From: Chlorokybus atmophyticus
Taxonomy: Eukaryota; Plantae; Mesostigma and Chlorokybus algae
Assembly: GCA_009103225.1 (NCBI GenBank)
Contig: RHPI01001116.1
Coordinates: 379,380 to 443,379, forward strand
Reading direction: 5' to 3'
DNA length: 64,000 nucleotides
Positions 13,517 through 26,400 of the stretch are shown here, piece by piece; the first letter of the stretch is position 1; each line of letters starts with the position of its first letter. Below the pieces are notes generated by a model. It saw only the letters and a list, made by a program, of their open reading frames with translations. It searched no databases and was not told where the DNA came from. The position numbers were made by a program, and so were the translations under genes.

Positions 13517-15120
13517 TCAGTCACTGAATCTGGTTCGACACGGCTGCTGTGGGTTGGTGGCAGTGAAGAAGTCAAATAGCCTCTCCGAGAGCTTGTTGCC
13601 CAAACTCCTCTCAGTGGCCATGTCGGGGCGAGCGCCCTGGCCTTCGGGGCTGATCTTAATTAGACCGGCCACAAGGCGCTGCCGCTCCGTCTCCTGTTCC
13701 ACACTACATGGTTGAGAGGCCACACGACGTACACGTAGCCACACCACAAACAGCATATGCGCACCGGAACACGCATGTTGTTGAACGCGTCAATGAGTAA
13801 GCTCAAACTCGGATACGTGCGTGCGATTGCCTCAGCAGCAATTGGAGACACCCCGGGGAAGGCGTTCAGCGCCTTCATCCTGCAAGACCAGTATGGGTCA
13901 CCGTCAAGGCGTGTGCACACGCGCATGCACATGCACAGTCAAGTGTTCAGGCAGCATGGCAAGCGCGCAGGCAATAGCACACACACTATCTGCAACAACC
14001 AACGGCTGCTCACCAGTTGGTGGCTTGTCTGGGCAGATCCTCAGCTGTGTTGACCTTCCCAGTCTTGCCAAATATGCCCAGTCGCGTAGTGGGTGTCCTA
14101 ATCACATCATCATTGTCATCTTATAACCAACTTCACAAGCCAACACACAAGTTTAACAACAGTTCACCTGTAGGGGGCGTTGGCAATGAGTTTGGTCATC
14201 TGCGTGACAAAGTCCTGCACGTCCTGCTTGGTGTCGTAGATGCGATGGCGCACGTGGTGCCGTGCGACGGCTAGAGCGAGCAGGTCCGACTCAGCGTCGT
14301 GCAGCGTGTAAACGCGCTGCTGCTGCTGGCCGCCTCCACCGCTTTGCACTTGCTTCCACGCCTGCCGCCGCCTGTATTTCAAACACATATCTGGTACACT
14401 AAACAAGTCATGCGCGATACATCGTTGTCAGTGGTTGGTATGGTACCCTTGTTTGAGAAAGGTAGCCAGGCCGTATATCACATAATTCAGCGTGTAGCCG
14501 GGCAAAGTTCGAACCGCCTGTTCCACGTGCCGCCGTAGGCCACCTGCAGATTAGGAACACCATGACCATTGGCAGCGCATACACAGCTCAACCACACGGG
14601 ATGTGAGCGCTCACAGCATGCACATGGGATGAGCAAGCAGCATGCACACATGCGAGCGCACATAATTCAGGACTCGTTTGAAAGGTTGGGAAGTGAGTTG
14701 AAAGGGATGGCAGCTTACCTTCAGACTCAACGATGGACATGTACTCGGGGCCATTAAGAACAATCGCAACATATGAAACGTTTTCCTGTAAACAAAGCTC
14801 CACCATCAACAATGCTGCGGACAACATCAGCACAAGAGCATCACTGTGAACCAACATAGCCCCGTACCTGTACCCAAACGCCCTGACCGCTCGTGCTGCA
14901 CCCGGCTTGACTCTGGCTCTGGCTCTGACTTTGACTCGGCTCAGTTTGACCATCCGAGTAAAGCTTGCGCATCCGCTGCCACCGCACCGTTCCACGGATC
15001 GGATGGTCGCAGACACTGCACTCCACACCGTCCATACCACTGATGGCCCCACGAACATCAACTGGAACCCATCACCATCATCATCACCATCATCATCATC
15101 ACCATCACCATCACCATCGC

Positions 15121-15156
<36 letters not shown>

Positions 15157-17212
15157 TATCATTATAACACGGACAACGTGTTGTGCTAGATCAAGCCTTC
15201 TGTACCTCCGCAGCTGTCTTGGTCTTCATAGAACTTCCTCTCCAGCACGACTCGAGTGTCCTCCAGAGCCCGCTTTCCAGTCTCGTGCTGCCTTTCTCTG
15301 ATGGCCACTGCGCGCGCCTCTTGCCTCTCTTGCTGCTCCTTCTGATGAGCACAGAAGTAACTCAGCCAGCTGGCATTACATCAAGGTTGTGTATGGGTAG
15401 TGCGGGTATCTAAACTCACCACTCTGGTGGCTGCCTTAGCCTCTCTATCCCGCAACTTGTCCTCAGCTTTCTGCCTCTTAGCCTCGGCTGCCGCCTGCTG
15501 CTTGGCCTCCTTGTCTGCCTCCCTTTTGCGCGCACGCTCTTCCTGCATCGCATTACAAGTTCAATCACCGCACCTTGTCAGATGAAGGTCCTCCTATTGC
15601 AGAAAGTGTATCACACCTTTTCTCGCTCTCGCTGTTCTTTCTTCAGCTGCCTCTGCTGTTCGAGCTCCTCCCGTCTGCGCTTTCGGGCTTGATCGCTGCT
15701 TTCGCTGCTGTCTCTTCTTCGATGTGATGTGCCCGCTTCTGAGTCGAGCGAAGCTCTGCGGCTGTTGAGAAAATTATCCGTGCGAATGGAAGGCCCCAAG
15801 TCTGACAAAGAGACTGCAAAGAGAATGTAGGTTACACTGACAACAGGTGTTGGGTAGTCGTTCTCAAGGTTGCTCAGCTGCCATCAAAAAGGCCAGTTAC
15901 AGACCCTCCCGAAATAGAGCATGCGAAGCAACATCACACAGTGTATGATAACAGCTTCCCAGTCAAGGTTAGAACCTGAGGGTACAGTTTGTGCCCCAAA
16001 CAAGAGTTCGTCACCAGACGACTCACTGCGTTTGTAGCAGGACTTCCCTTTTGACGTTCCTGCCCTGTCGGCATTCCTCAAGAATTCATAGTCTGGACAC
16101 TTCTCCGAGGAGGCTTCTGAGTCAGAGGAACTCAACAAGTCCTGAATTGGACCCGCTCCAGTGCTACCAACTTGGTGATGCTCTTTTGTCCTATTCTCGC
16201 AACTGATAGCTATGTTAATATTGGCACGATGCGTTGCATTTGCATCCGCTCTCGATTGCGATTGCCCGGGCTCTGCAACGGGTGGGTTTGAGGGTGCAGC
16301 TGGCGCTGCAAAAGCGTGTGTTAGAAGCATATTCTGTCAAATTACGTGCATGCTTATGCATTGGCACAAGTTTATACGATTTGCCATAGCTGCGTGGGAT
16401 GTGTCGCTAGTATGCAAGCGCGCTTGTGGTGTACAAGCTGTTTTCTCTACCTGTTCGCTCGTACAACGCTGCCATACTAACCTGCTGCTTGTTTGGGTTG
16501 ATTGTCATTGATGAGGTCAATCACGCCTTCCTCCTCATCATCACTGCCAAGCAGCGAAATCACCTCAGCGGCAGGGGTGGGCGTCTTGGGCACTTGTTTG
16601 GGTGCTGGTTGCGCTCGGGGAGGAGGGAGCTGCTGCACACAACACGATGACACTGCATGCGGTTATAAGTGGAATGCTGAACAAGGAGCCAAACAGGTCA
16701 ATGGCTAGCTGATGCTTGTTGGTAAACGCATGCAGTCACTGTTTCTGTCTAAGTGTGCCACAATTGTGTAAATATTGGCTTGCACATGCATTCAGCTGGT
16801 ACAGTGTAGGCACTCATGTGTGCATGCTGGCGCTGCTTGAAGCAGAGGGAAGCTTGTCACAGGGCGTCGCACTGGTGCATGCGGCTTCAGTGCTCAATTG
16901 CAACATAGTTTGTGCGCAATTTTTATGCCGGTAAGCGATGCTTAACTCTGTAGAGCACGCGGCAAGCGTGTGGGCCTTTGTGCATGGCCCCAGCGTGCAA
17001 AGCACATCAAGCAGAGCTACCACGCTGCTGGGCAAGCGACTGACGCAAGCAAAGCACGTTGCAATCAACTTCAACAACAGATTACGTCAATGCACCAGCA
17101 TGCTAGTGACAGTCATTGTCATTCATGTCACTGTCACCCCAGCCTTTCTCACCTCATCTTCGTCCAGCAAGTCCGTCAGATCCACCACAGCGCTTTCTTG
17201 AGCGGCGGCCAT
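13517..17212 (-). CDS. EME1: Crossover junction endonuclease subunit EME1/Mms4-like
   Basis: Acidic disordered N-terminus and a charged coiled coil. An ERCC4-like region follows (YTLNYVIYGL; DLLALAVARHHVRHRIYDTKQDVQDFVTQMTKLIANAPYR). The C-terminus has an HhH pair (WMKALNAFPGVSPIAAEAIARTYPSLSLLIDAF...LGNKLSERLFDFFTATNP). Confidence 0.85.
15068..15165. repeat. (CAT/CAC)n trinucleotide microsatellite in an EME1 intron
   Basis: Direct reading of the sequence. Confidence 0.95.
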
Positions 17213-17533
17213 TAAGCCCAAAGCAATGCCTCCATGTGTAACGCAGCTCCAACAGCCACACCGAACGCCAACCCCGTCCCCAACCCCCACCGCCGCCACC
17301 GCCACCGCCCGCAAGATGGCGGGAAAGTGTGCAATATGTTAGTTATCGACAATATGGCGGATAACGGTAGTCTTGCAGTTGATACCAGTAGGACGCAGAT
17401 ATCGGCAGTTTTAGGGTTCTTCACTGTGAGTCTGTCGCTCGCCGCAGCGATGGCGGCGGCGGCGGCGGTGCGTTAGCTGTCGTTGTGCGCCTTGTCGTTG
17501 GGGTGTTTACATTGCATTGCAGAGTAGGGCGTC
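17213..17533. promoter_or_regulatory. Short bidirectional promoter region between EME1 and SerRS
   Basis: Divergent start codons lie 321 bp apart. A telomere/telo-box-like TTTTAGGGTT is at 17409-17418. Confidence 0.55.
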
Positions 17534-20244
17534 ATGTTGGATATCAACTTGTTCAGGGAGGAGAAGGGCGGCAACCCTGATCTGGTCAGGGAGTCGCAGC
17601 GCAGGAGGTTCGCTCCTGTTGAGTGGGTTGATCAGGTCGTTGAGCACGACAAGAAGTGGCGAGAATGTGAGTGTGTGTCTCTCTCGCATGCTTGTATGTC
17701 TTATGGTCCTTGAGTGTGCTGGTCAGCGTGTTGCATTGAAGTAAGAGTGACATCCACTGTGCGTCCAGTTAAGCTTCAGCTGTTCAACCCGAAGTAAGCT
17801 GCCAGCATAGTGTGTACGAATGCCGTCGCTGACGACAACGCTCATTTGTTGTGTCTGAGGTCGTGCAGCTGGCTGATTAAGCACGCACAGGTTACATTGC
17901 ATGTCTAATGCATCCACTTTGTGTGACCACGGTTTTATAGGAACCGTGGTCACACAAAGTGACCATGCAAGCACAGTGTGCCATGGCAGCATAATGCGGC
18001 TTGCAAAACTTGTGTCATCAATGGATCGCATCACTAATGACCATTGTCATACCAGGACATGTAGGGTGCACATGTAAGGTTAAAAACGTTGGCTGTCGGG
18101 AAGCATGCATGTAAGAGCCGAACCTTCAAGTAGTTGCGGTGTAAGTACGTGGCACCAGCGCATGTTCAATGTGCTTGCGCAGAAAGCACAATGGGTTGAC
18201 TACGAGTCATAGTCACTTAGTGTGCGACATTTAACAAACCCCATGCACGGATCAGTTCAGTGTTCCAGTGTCTTGCAGACTGCATTGGCATCAAGATGTC
18301 CACATATGCGTGTCCACTCATTGCACCTGGTACCAGGTCGCTTCCAGCTGGACAACTTGAACAAGGAGTTCAACAAGATCAACAAGCAGATTGCCCAGAA
18401 GAAGATTGTAAGCACAGGTTGCTCCTGCTCTCAATGACGATGTCGCTGTTTGATGTAACTCATGGCTTGCTGGTAGGCAAAAGCAGATGCCTCCGAGCTG
18501 ATCGCACAATCCAAAGAGGTGGACAAGCAGATTGCGTTGGCCAAGGAGCAGGAGAACGAGATTAGGGAAGCTGTGGACAAGGCGGTCATCCCCATTGGCA
18601 ACCTTGTGCACGACTCTGTTCCCATTAGCCAGAACGAGGTTCGGAATGAACTGCTCATCAAACCGAATGCGACACTGCGTGGTGTTACTGTGTACATTGG
18701 TGCATAGATTCCAAAACATGCTTGTGATGTGGCGCAGGATGACAACAAGATTGAGCGCACTTGGGGAGAGCCTAGGCAAGACGCCAAGTACAATCACGTT
18801 GACTTGGTGACGCTACTCAATTTTGCCAACCTTGACAAAGGTGCTGGCCTGGTGTTGTACACAGTGTGCGCGGTCCTCCTTGATTCTATGAATGATTACA
18901 GGTCGTGTGCACTGATATGCACTCAATGATATTGTTATGCAGGTACTGAGGTTGCCGGCAACCGAGGATACTACCTGACAGGCAATGGCGTTCTGCTGAA
19001 TCAAGCGTTGATCCAGTACGCCATGGGCTTCATGGTGAAGAAGGGGTATCAACCTGTCCAGACACCCTTCTTCATGAAACAAGACGTGATGGCGGAGTGC
19101 GCGCAGCTGTCGCAGTTTGATGATGAACTCTACAAGGTGAGCAGCAAAAGTAGTACAGGTGCCAAATCGCCACGTGCAATTTGTAAAGTAGTTGTACATT
19201 TCTGGTATACGTTCATCTTGTGCTTGATGGTGGATACCTTCGGCTAGGTGACAGGTGAAAGCGATGATAAGTACTTGATCGCAACATCTGAACAAACGCT
19301 TTGCGCGCTGCACCGCAAGGACTGGATTGATCCCAAAAACTTGCCCATACGGTACGAAGAGTTCAGTTGTGTCATCCAGCCAAGTTCACTCGTCACACCA
19401 TTGCAAGGAACTCAGGTCAGGTACTGCGCAGGTATGTGGGCTTCTCCACCTGCTTTCGCAAGGAGGTGGGTTCCCATGGAAGGGACACGCTCGGCATCTT
19501 CCGAGTCCACCAGTTCGAGAAGATTGAACAGTTCTGCATGACATCACCTGCGGGTAATGCGTCGTGGGAGATGCATGATGAGATGATCAAGAATTCAGAA
19601 GAATTCTACCAGAGCGTAAGGAGTATTGCTTTCTCGTTGACATTTAAGTTGTATGCAGTATATCTAGTTCACTAAACATAAAGTGCCCTTTCTGGCACCT
19701 GTGTGTTCTGTTGAATGCAATCCAAGTTTTGGGCAGACACTGACCTGCGTGTCTGCTGTGCAGCTTAACCTTCCTTACAGGGTAGTCAACATTGTTTCCG
19801 GCGAGTTGAACAACGCTGCGGCGAAGAAGTTCGACCTGGAGGCTTGGTTTCCGGCCTCCAAAACATACAGAGAACTGGTCTCCACATCCAACTGCACCGA
19901 TTATCAGTCCCGACGGCTCGAGATTAGGCACGGCGTTAAGAAGGTATGTGTTTGCAGTTCATTGTGATGTTGCATGTGTAGTTTTAGCTAGCTGCATCAT
20001 GTGTATGCATGTATTGGACTCGTTGCTGATCCCCGTGCATCCACTTCAGATGAACGAGCCGCAGAAGCAGTACGCGCATCTGTTGAACGGCACGTTGACG
20101 GCGACAGAGCGCACGATGTGCTGCATACTGGAGAACTGGCAGACCGACACAGGCGTAAAGGTCCCCGACGTGCTGGTGCCCTACATGCATGGCATCGACT
20201 TCATGCCGTTTGTCAACGAGCTCAAGCAGACGAAAAAGAAGTGA
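17534..20244 (+). CDS. SerRS: Cytosolic seryl-tRNA synthetase
   Basis: [75 protein letters not shown] (motif 2), [16 protein letters not shown] and [20 protein letters not shown] (motif 3). Confidence 0.97.
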
Positions 20245-23200
20245 AGTGACTCTCTTGGATTGCGTCTCTTGGGGCAAGCAAGAGGGTGATGGCAGCTTGA
20301 CAGCCGATGAGACTGGAAATATACATGTCCACTCAGTGCTTGGTTGAACCTGCATGCTGCATGGCACTGGCCCTTGAGGTCTGTTCACTTGTCTTGGTAA
20401 CCTTTGGCCAAGGGCTGGCTAACTTGTGGCAGTATGGTCAGCACGCAGGTTGCCGTGTTGTAGCAACTTCAGGCTGTTGTTGAACAATTGCTCCAACCAG
20501 TGAGGCTGTGCTCGCTACAATTTTGGGAATCCGAATTCTGCCGGGGCCATAGTTTTGTTCAGCATGCTTGTTGGGTCCTGGTGCTTACATGGTGGAATAC
20601 ATAGCACGACAGAATGCTGTGGTGGTGGTGGGATCTAATGACGTGCTGAGAGCTGCAAATCATGGTGTTGTTGCCTTCACAGCACACTAGCTCAGCGTGC
20701 TGTGAAGGCACGACAGTTGAAGCAGTATGACAGAATGCTGCGTCTGCGCGGTTACCACTAAATTCATGCAACACAACTACCCATCTGAGCACACCTCGCA
20801 TTCAGTGCGTGACTGACTGTTGCATCGCGCATGCTAGTCACCAGTTGTTAGTGTTTGGCCCAATAGACTTTAGGTTCCAAACCCTACAATGCGTCACTGT
20901 ATTAGGCCCAGCATAAGCATGTGGGCCAATCAAGTAATAAGGAGGCAGCTTGCAAGAAAATGCGATGGTGAACTCGCCCGCTTGTTGGAGCCAACCGACC
21001 AGCAGCTACTGTATGGTGCCAAATGGCATGCAATGTGCACCCATGTGCATGTACGGTATGCCAAGTAAAGTCATGATTGCTGTTGTCTTGCTTCACATGG
21101 CCCCTTCTGTGAGTTTGCTATACAACAACTCTTATGTTGGTTGATTATGAGACATGATGCAACCTATCATCAACTCAACTAAGTTGAGTACTCAACCAAT
21201 GTGCAAGCATACAAGATAGCTAACATGGATAACGCCTTCACGAATCTGACCGGGAGGTATAGCTCCACACCTTACAACTCAGTTATAACCCACTAGCCTA
21301 TGTGCATGATGTACGTGCAGTAGTGGACAGTGATATGGTAGGATAGCGATGGCAGACGGACAACCTGCAGCAGGAGGGGCGGGTTAGTCCAGCGCTTGGC
21401 ATGCGTCGTGGCAGTGCTGTGCTGTACACAAAATGCGATGTGGGGTGTGTAATACAGTATGCAAGGATTGTGGCATGCATGAGAATGTGCGATGGTGTGC
21501 TGAAACCCGCGTTACATATGTATGTATGTACGTAAAGATTAGAGATGCGAGCAAATGTGCATGCGCAGCGCCGGCTTTTGTGATGCGTCGCAATCCGGTT
21601 GCGATGGCCGGTGCATGCTGGCAGGCTCTAGAATCTGGAATGATGTTGCTACACGGCAGCAACTTGCTACAGTGTAAACACCATGTTGTGCCATGGTGGC
21701 ACACAGTGATTACACCTCAACTACACACGTGTGCATGCGCTCAGCTTTGTGTATTTGACATATACAACATTGCACACGTGTTGATGCGCATTTGCAACCG
21801 AGGATGCAAGGGCGACCCCGACCTGCATGCTCATGCATCAAGCTTGCAGCGCCGCCCTGCTCGCACCTGACACACCGCATGAACTCGGCCTCCAGCAAAT
21901 CGAACAAGAAGAGGGCGTCAAACAGAGGCTGCCCCTCTCCTCAGCCGCTGAGGAGAAGGGCAGCCTCTGCGTGAGGCGTGCAGTAATACTACACGCGTCA
22001 CGCAAACCACGCAGGAAGAAAGAGACCTGGTACAATGAGCCTTACACCAGAGGCTGCCCGGCAGGGCCCTCTGCTCATCAGCACTGCAGTGCCGGGATTG
22101 ACACCAAGCCCGGGTACGTCCTCAGCAGTAGGTTATGCGCAATAAGACACTCAACAACAACGAATTCAAACAACCACGTTCAACGTGGTTCTTTGGTGCA
22201 GCAAACAAGTTGTTTGCTAATGAACGCTGCCTGCGTTGCATGTTGTGCTCCTTGCCTACCTGACGCTGTGCGTGCTGCATGCACATGGCCTGAACACCAA
22301 GTCGGGTTCCGAGCAAACAGGCCGCCAGCATCTCATAAAAGTTGGACTCTGTGACACCACAGATTACCGTCAACACTTTGTGATGACAGCTGACAACCTT
22401 GCACAAGGCAATGGACTTGGCACACATGTTTCAGGAGTTTTTATCACCTGACATGCTTTTGCGGTAGCTGCGTGTGTGGGTGGCTGCTGCTCATAAGTGC
22501 AAACAATTTGCAACAGTGCAGCCGCTCAACTGCAATGCGTCCCGGGTGCGATGTGTTGACAGCCGCCTGCTGCGCATTGCAGCTTACTTCAACCGAGACA
22601 GTTGTACTGCCACTGGCATGCGCATGTACATGCTGCCATTGCATATTGCTTGTGTGGCTTACCTAAGTCCACATGTTGCCGTCTCAGCCAAACAACATCC
22701 ATGATTGAGCCATCCAGCAGCTAGCCCTGTTGTTGCATTGCCGATAATAGCTTTGTGTAATAGTAATACAGAAAGATAGAGGCGGAAGGCTGAGGCAAAG
22801 CATGCGACATGCAATGACTGTCGGCTTGAAGCTGGCACCAACAAATCGTGCTTTGCAATTGAGAAAGGCGAGAGCCAGCCGCAATGCCACACAACAACAG
22901 CAACGCATAAGTGCTAATGTGGCAATCGAGTTACTTCCAAGCACCTTAATGCCATTTTTTGGCAACAGTGTGTTTATGAGCCAAGAGACCCGGTCTCCTT
23001 GGCAAACAACTCAGGAGTCGCCTGGGACAGCAACAGATGCAGCCGCTATATAGACATGCTTGCTTAAACACTAAGTAGGCAGTGGCTACACACATTGCGC
23101 CTGTTGCTTTGCAAGCTCACAACCTGCAATGCGCTGTGCCGGTAGCCACGCCGACAGCGGGTGCCAAGCCGCAGCTAATGGTTGAACAAGCGCTTGCGCC

Positions 23201-23489
23201 GCACCTTTGGAAAACTTCACAAGGCAAGGAGCACTGACGCGCCCCCTTCGTCCTAACCCAGCTGCCCACCGACGCCGCCAGCAACGAGCGCAGAGACAAG
23301 CGCAGCAACAAAGCAGCAGCGCCTATTTTCCGGATAGGCACAAAGTCATTTTCTTCACCGCGGATATCAACTTAAACTATCAGCGTAAATTAAGAGATAT
23401 CGATGACGGTGCTCATGTCCCCCGCGATATTGACAGGACCTGCGCTTCTTCTGTCAGACAGTGCAGGGCTCTTGGCTTTGCATGCAGCT

Positions 23490-26400
23490 GCCGTGAGGGC
23501 GATGGCGGCGGCGGCGGCGGCGGAAGAGGAGGACGACGACGACAAGAAGTGCATTGAAGCTTGAGATCTAAACACCTGCTCAAGATTGTACACCTGCTTG
23601 GTCTGCCGGTCCGTTGTACACCAGCAGCAGACCAAGCAGGTGTACAAAGGGCGAATTGCGGAGCCAACTGCCTGCTTGACAGGTGAGCTTACTCAAGCTG
23701 GATTTGTTGACTGTCGCGATTGGCTGGCCTGTCCTCGCAGCCAACATTACCAATATAGGAGCGTTGTTGAAAATGCCAGCTGGCGAAACGCCGCAAATTG
23801 AATGCATGGTCCGAGTGCCGCAGCTGGGTCACGTCAATGCAAGCTGCCAGCTTGACCCTGCTGTCAGTGACGGCAGGGTTAAGCTGCTTGTGTGCGCGCA
23901 CGAGTGTATGTGCGTGGGTGAAGCGCAAGCGTGCAAGCATCTGTGTGGGTGCGGACTCGACGCACATACATGTGTTGAGAGCGCTTCTACAATTTGGCGT
24001 TATTTCAAATGCAGTGCTTGTTATCCGCAGTCATGCCAGCCTGGGTCAAACCCGCATACGACAAGCTCAACCAATGAACTGTCGACATCGGGTCCAGCAA
24101 GCCCAATACCAGATGCATCGCCTCAAGGATGTCAGGTCCATCGCATGTGTGCACATGTTCAAGCATGCTTGCCTGCGTGCATGCGTGGGTGCACTTACAA
24201 ACTTTTTGCTGATTATAGGCGATGACTCAAGTGACAGCAATGCGGACAGCACAGAAAGACATGCGCTTTTTCAAGACGACGGCAATCAAGAGCAAAACTC
24301 CAGTCAAGATCAGGCAGAATTGGCCATGCAATCGGTGCAACTGGCTTGAAGTAGCAGTACCTTCTGCTAGCTTGCTTAATGGCAACTTCGCTATGGCTCA
24401 ACCCACTCGTCCTCTCGAATGCGAACGGGGTGGTCAGGTGACTTGCTTGCTACCATGCCAAGCATGCAGAGGTTGCATGAGTTCAATGCACTTTCTGCAT
24501 GCTTTCCGTTGCGCCCAATATGTTGAGCCAGCTGCGAACGTGCTGTGCCGAAACGTGGCACAGCTTAGCAACTTGCTAACACGATTCAGCTGTGGCACGA
24601 CTTCTATTCACCTTGCATATTTATCAAGAGTAGTACTCATGACTTGCAGTCGTTTGTTTGTCTGGAGCTTTGGTGGAGGTGGCGCCCGCTTGGTGTCGCT
24701 AGCAAGCTGCTGGTGCATGCTAATGCAGGGGGCGTCTAGGCTGTGAAGGCTAGGGCAAGCGACAACTTGCAAGCAACTGCGCTTGGATTCTCTGGAGGAA
24801 ACAGCACGCAGAGATTCAATGGCTGTTCCGCGCATGGCTCAGGTTTGGTTGTCACAGGTGCGCATGGGCTTGTGTTTGTTCTGTCGAGCGTGTGCACGAA
24901 CGAGTGCGTGTATTTATGAGCCAAGCATACTAGCGCACATGCATGCATGCGCATGTGGACACATGCATGTGGGCAAGCGAGCATGCGTGGGCACATTGTG
25001 CCCATGCATGTGGCACGTGCATGCATGACATAGCCAGCCACCTGACCTCGTTAGAATACAAAGCCAACCAAATGCTCGTCGCCCAGGATTAGTCATTGCC
25101 AATAGTTGCTATGCCGCATGTTTCATCTTGCTGTGCAAAGGCACGCTCGTGCAGGCGTGCCTCACCTCATTGCTTAGTGCGCGTATCCACGCGGTGCAGA
25201 AGGAATCCATTGCTGTGGCCAGCACTGCCACAATGCAGGTGAGCTTCTTCACGCTTGCCATCATGCAGATACAACATCACATCAAGTGAGTAACCATCGT
25301 AGCACAATGCATGGCATGCATTGCAATGTGCCACATTGCAGTGTGTGGCAGGCTACAGGAGGCGGATGATATAGATTTGGTGAGACGCGTGCGTGGGTGC
25401 GTGGGCGCGCGCGCGTGATTACGTGATTATGTGCGTGTGGTGAAAAAGTAACTTTTTGACTGCCAGTGGTTGCTGCTTGCGATTTTCGACAACTTCAAGA
25501 CAACTTGTTGGTGTCTCGCCTTGTGTTGTGTGTCACAAGTTGTGTCCTTATCATGCAGGCGATGAAGATGAGGCCTTCCAGTTCAGCAACGATGAGAAAG
25601 AGGTTTTGATGTTGATTGAAAGTTGTCATGATGACGGCAACACTTGCGCCATCAACCAACGATTGTGCATGTCCATCCAGTTCGTTTGGCTGCACGGACA
25701 ACTGTTCCCTTACTTGCTGGTGAACATTGGCTTGAGCGTGAGCGTGGTCAAGGCACGTGTTCTCTTTACCTGTACACATGCTGCACTTCAAGCAACTTGC
25801 GCACACGCACACGCACACGCACACGCTTACTCTCATCCCCTCACTCGCATCACGCTTACTCCGGCACACAATCATATCATCCCACTGGCAACATGTGAGC
25901 GAGTCCAACTCGCGGGCCGCCTGTATGCATGCAGGTTCAGAGTCTTCTGCTTAGGCAACTTTAATGAGATGCTGGAGCCACAGGCAACAACGGCACGGTT
26001 ACCTACACGTATACGGTATTCTTTGTACGCCGTGTTGTTGCTTATGGGTTACTTACTTTGTTGGTGTTATCATGATGAACTACAGGAAGAACTTCTTGCA
26101 ATGCGCTGTCTCAGGCTGCAGTATCAGGACATGCTTGTGGGAGACATCTACGGTGGTGTGGACTACGCCAAAGTGGGCTTGTCCGTCTCCAGCTTCGGCG
26201 AGGCGCATGTCAAGTCGCCCGAGCGTGCCTGACATCCATGCTACGCACACACACTTTGTGCATGCAAGTCTCAACACACACTCATATGCGCGCGCTTATG
26301 CGTGTTTGTGCACACATGTCTGTTTGCCTGTGCATGCATCCGCGCGTGTTGAAACGCATCTACGCGCGTGAGCTTATGTGTCCAGGCGTAGACATGTTGC

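Noticed and set aside
14965-15189. Poly-His or poly-Ser ORFs
   Set aside because: Translation of the intronic (CAT)n microsatellite.
25456-26232. 258-aa ORF as an intact gene
   Set aside because: It reads through intron-like RY tracts and splice signals, and is better explained as part of the CMT relic.
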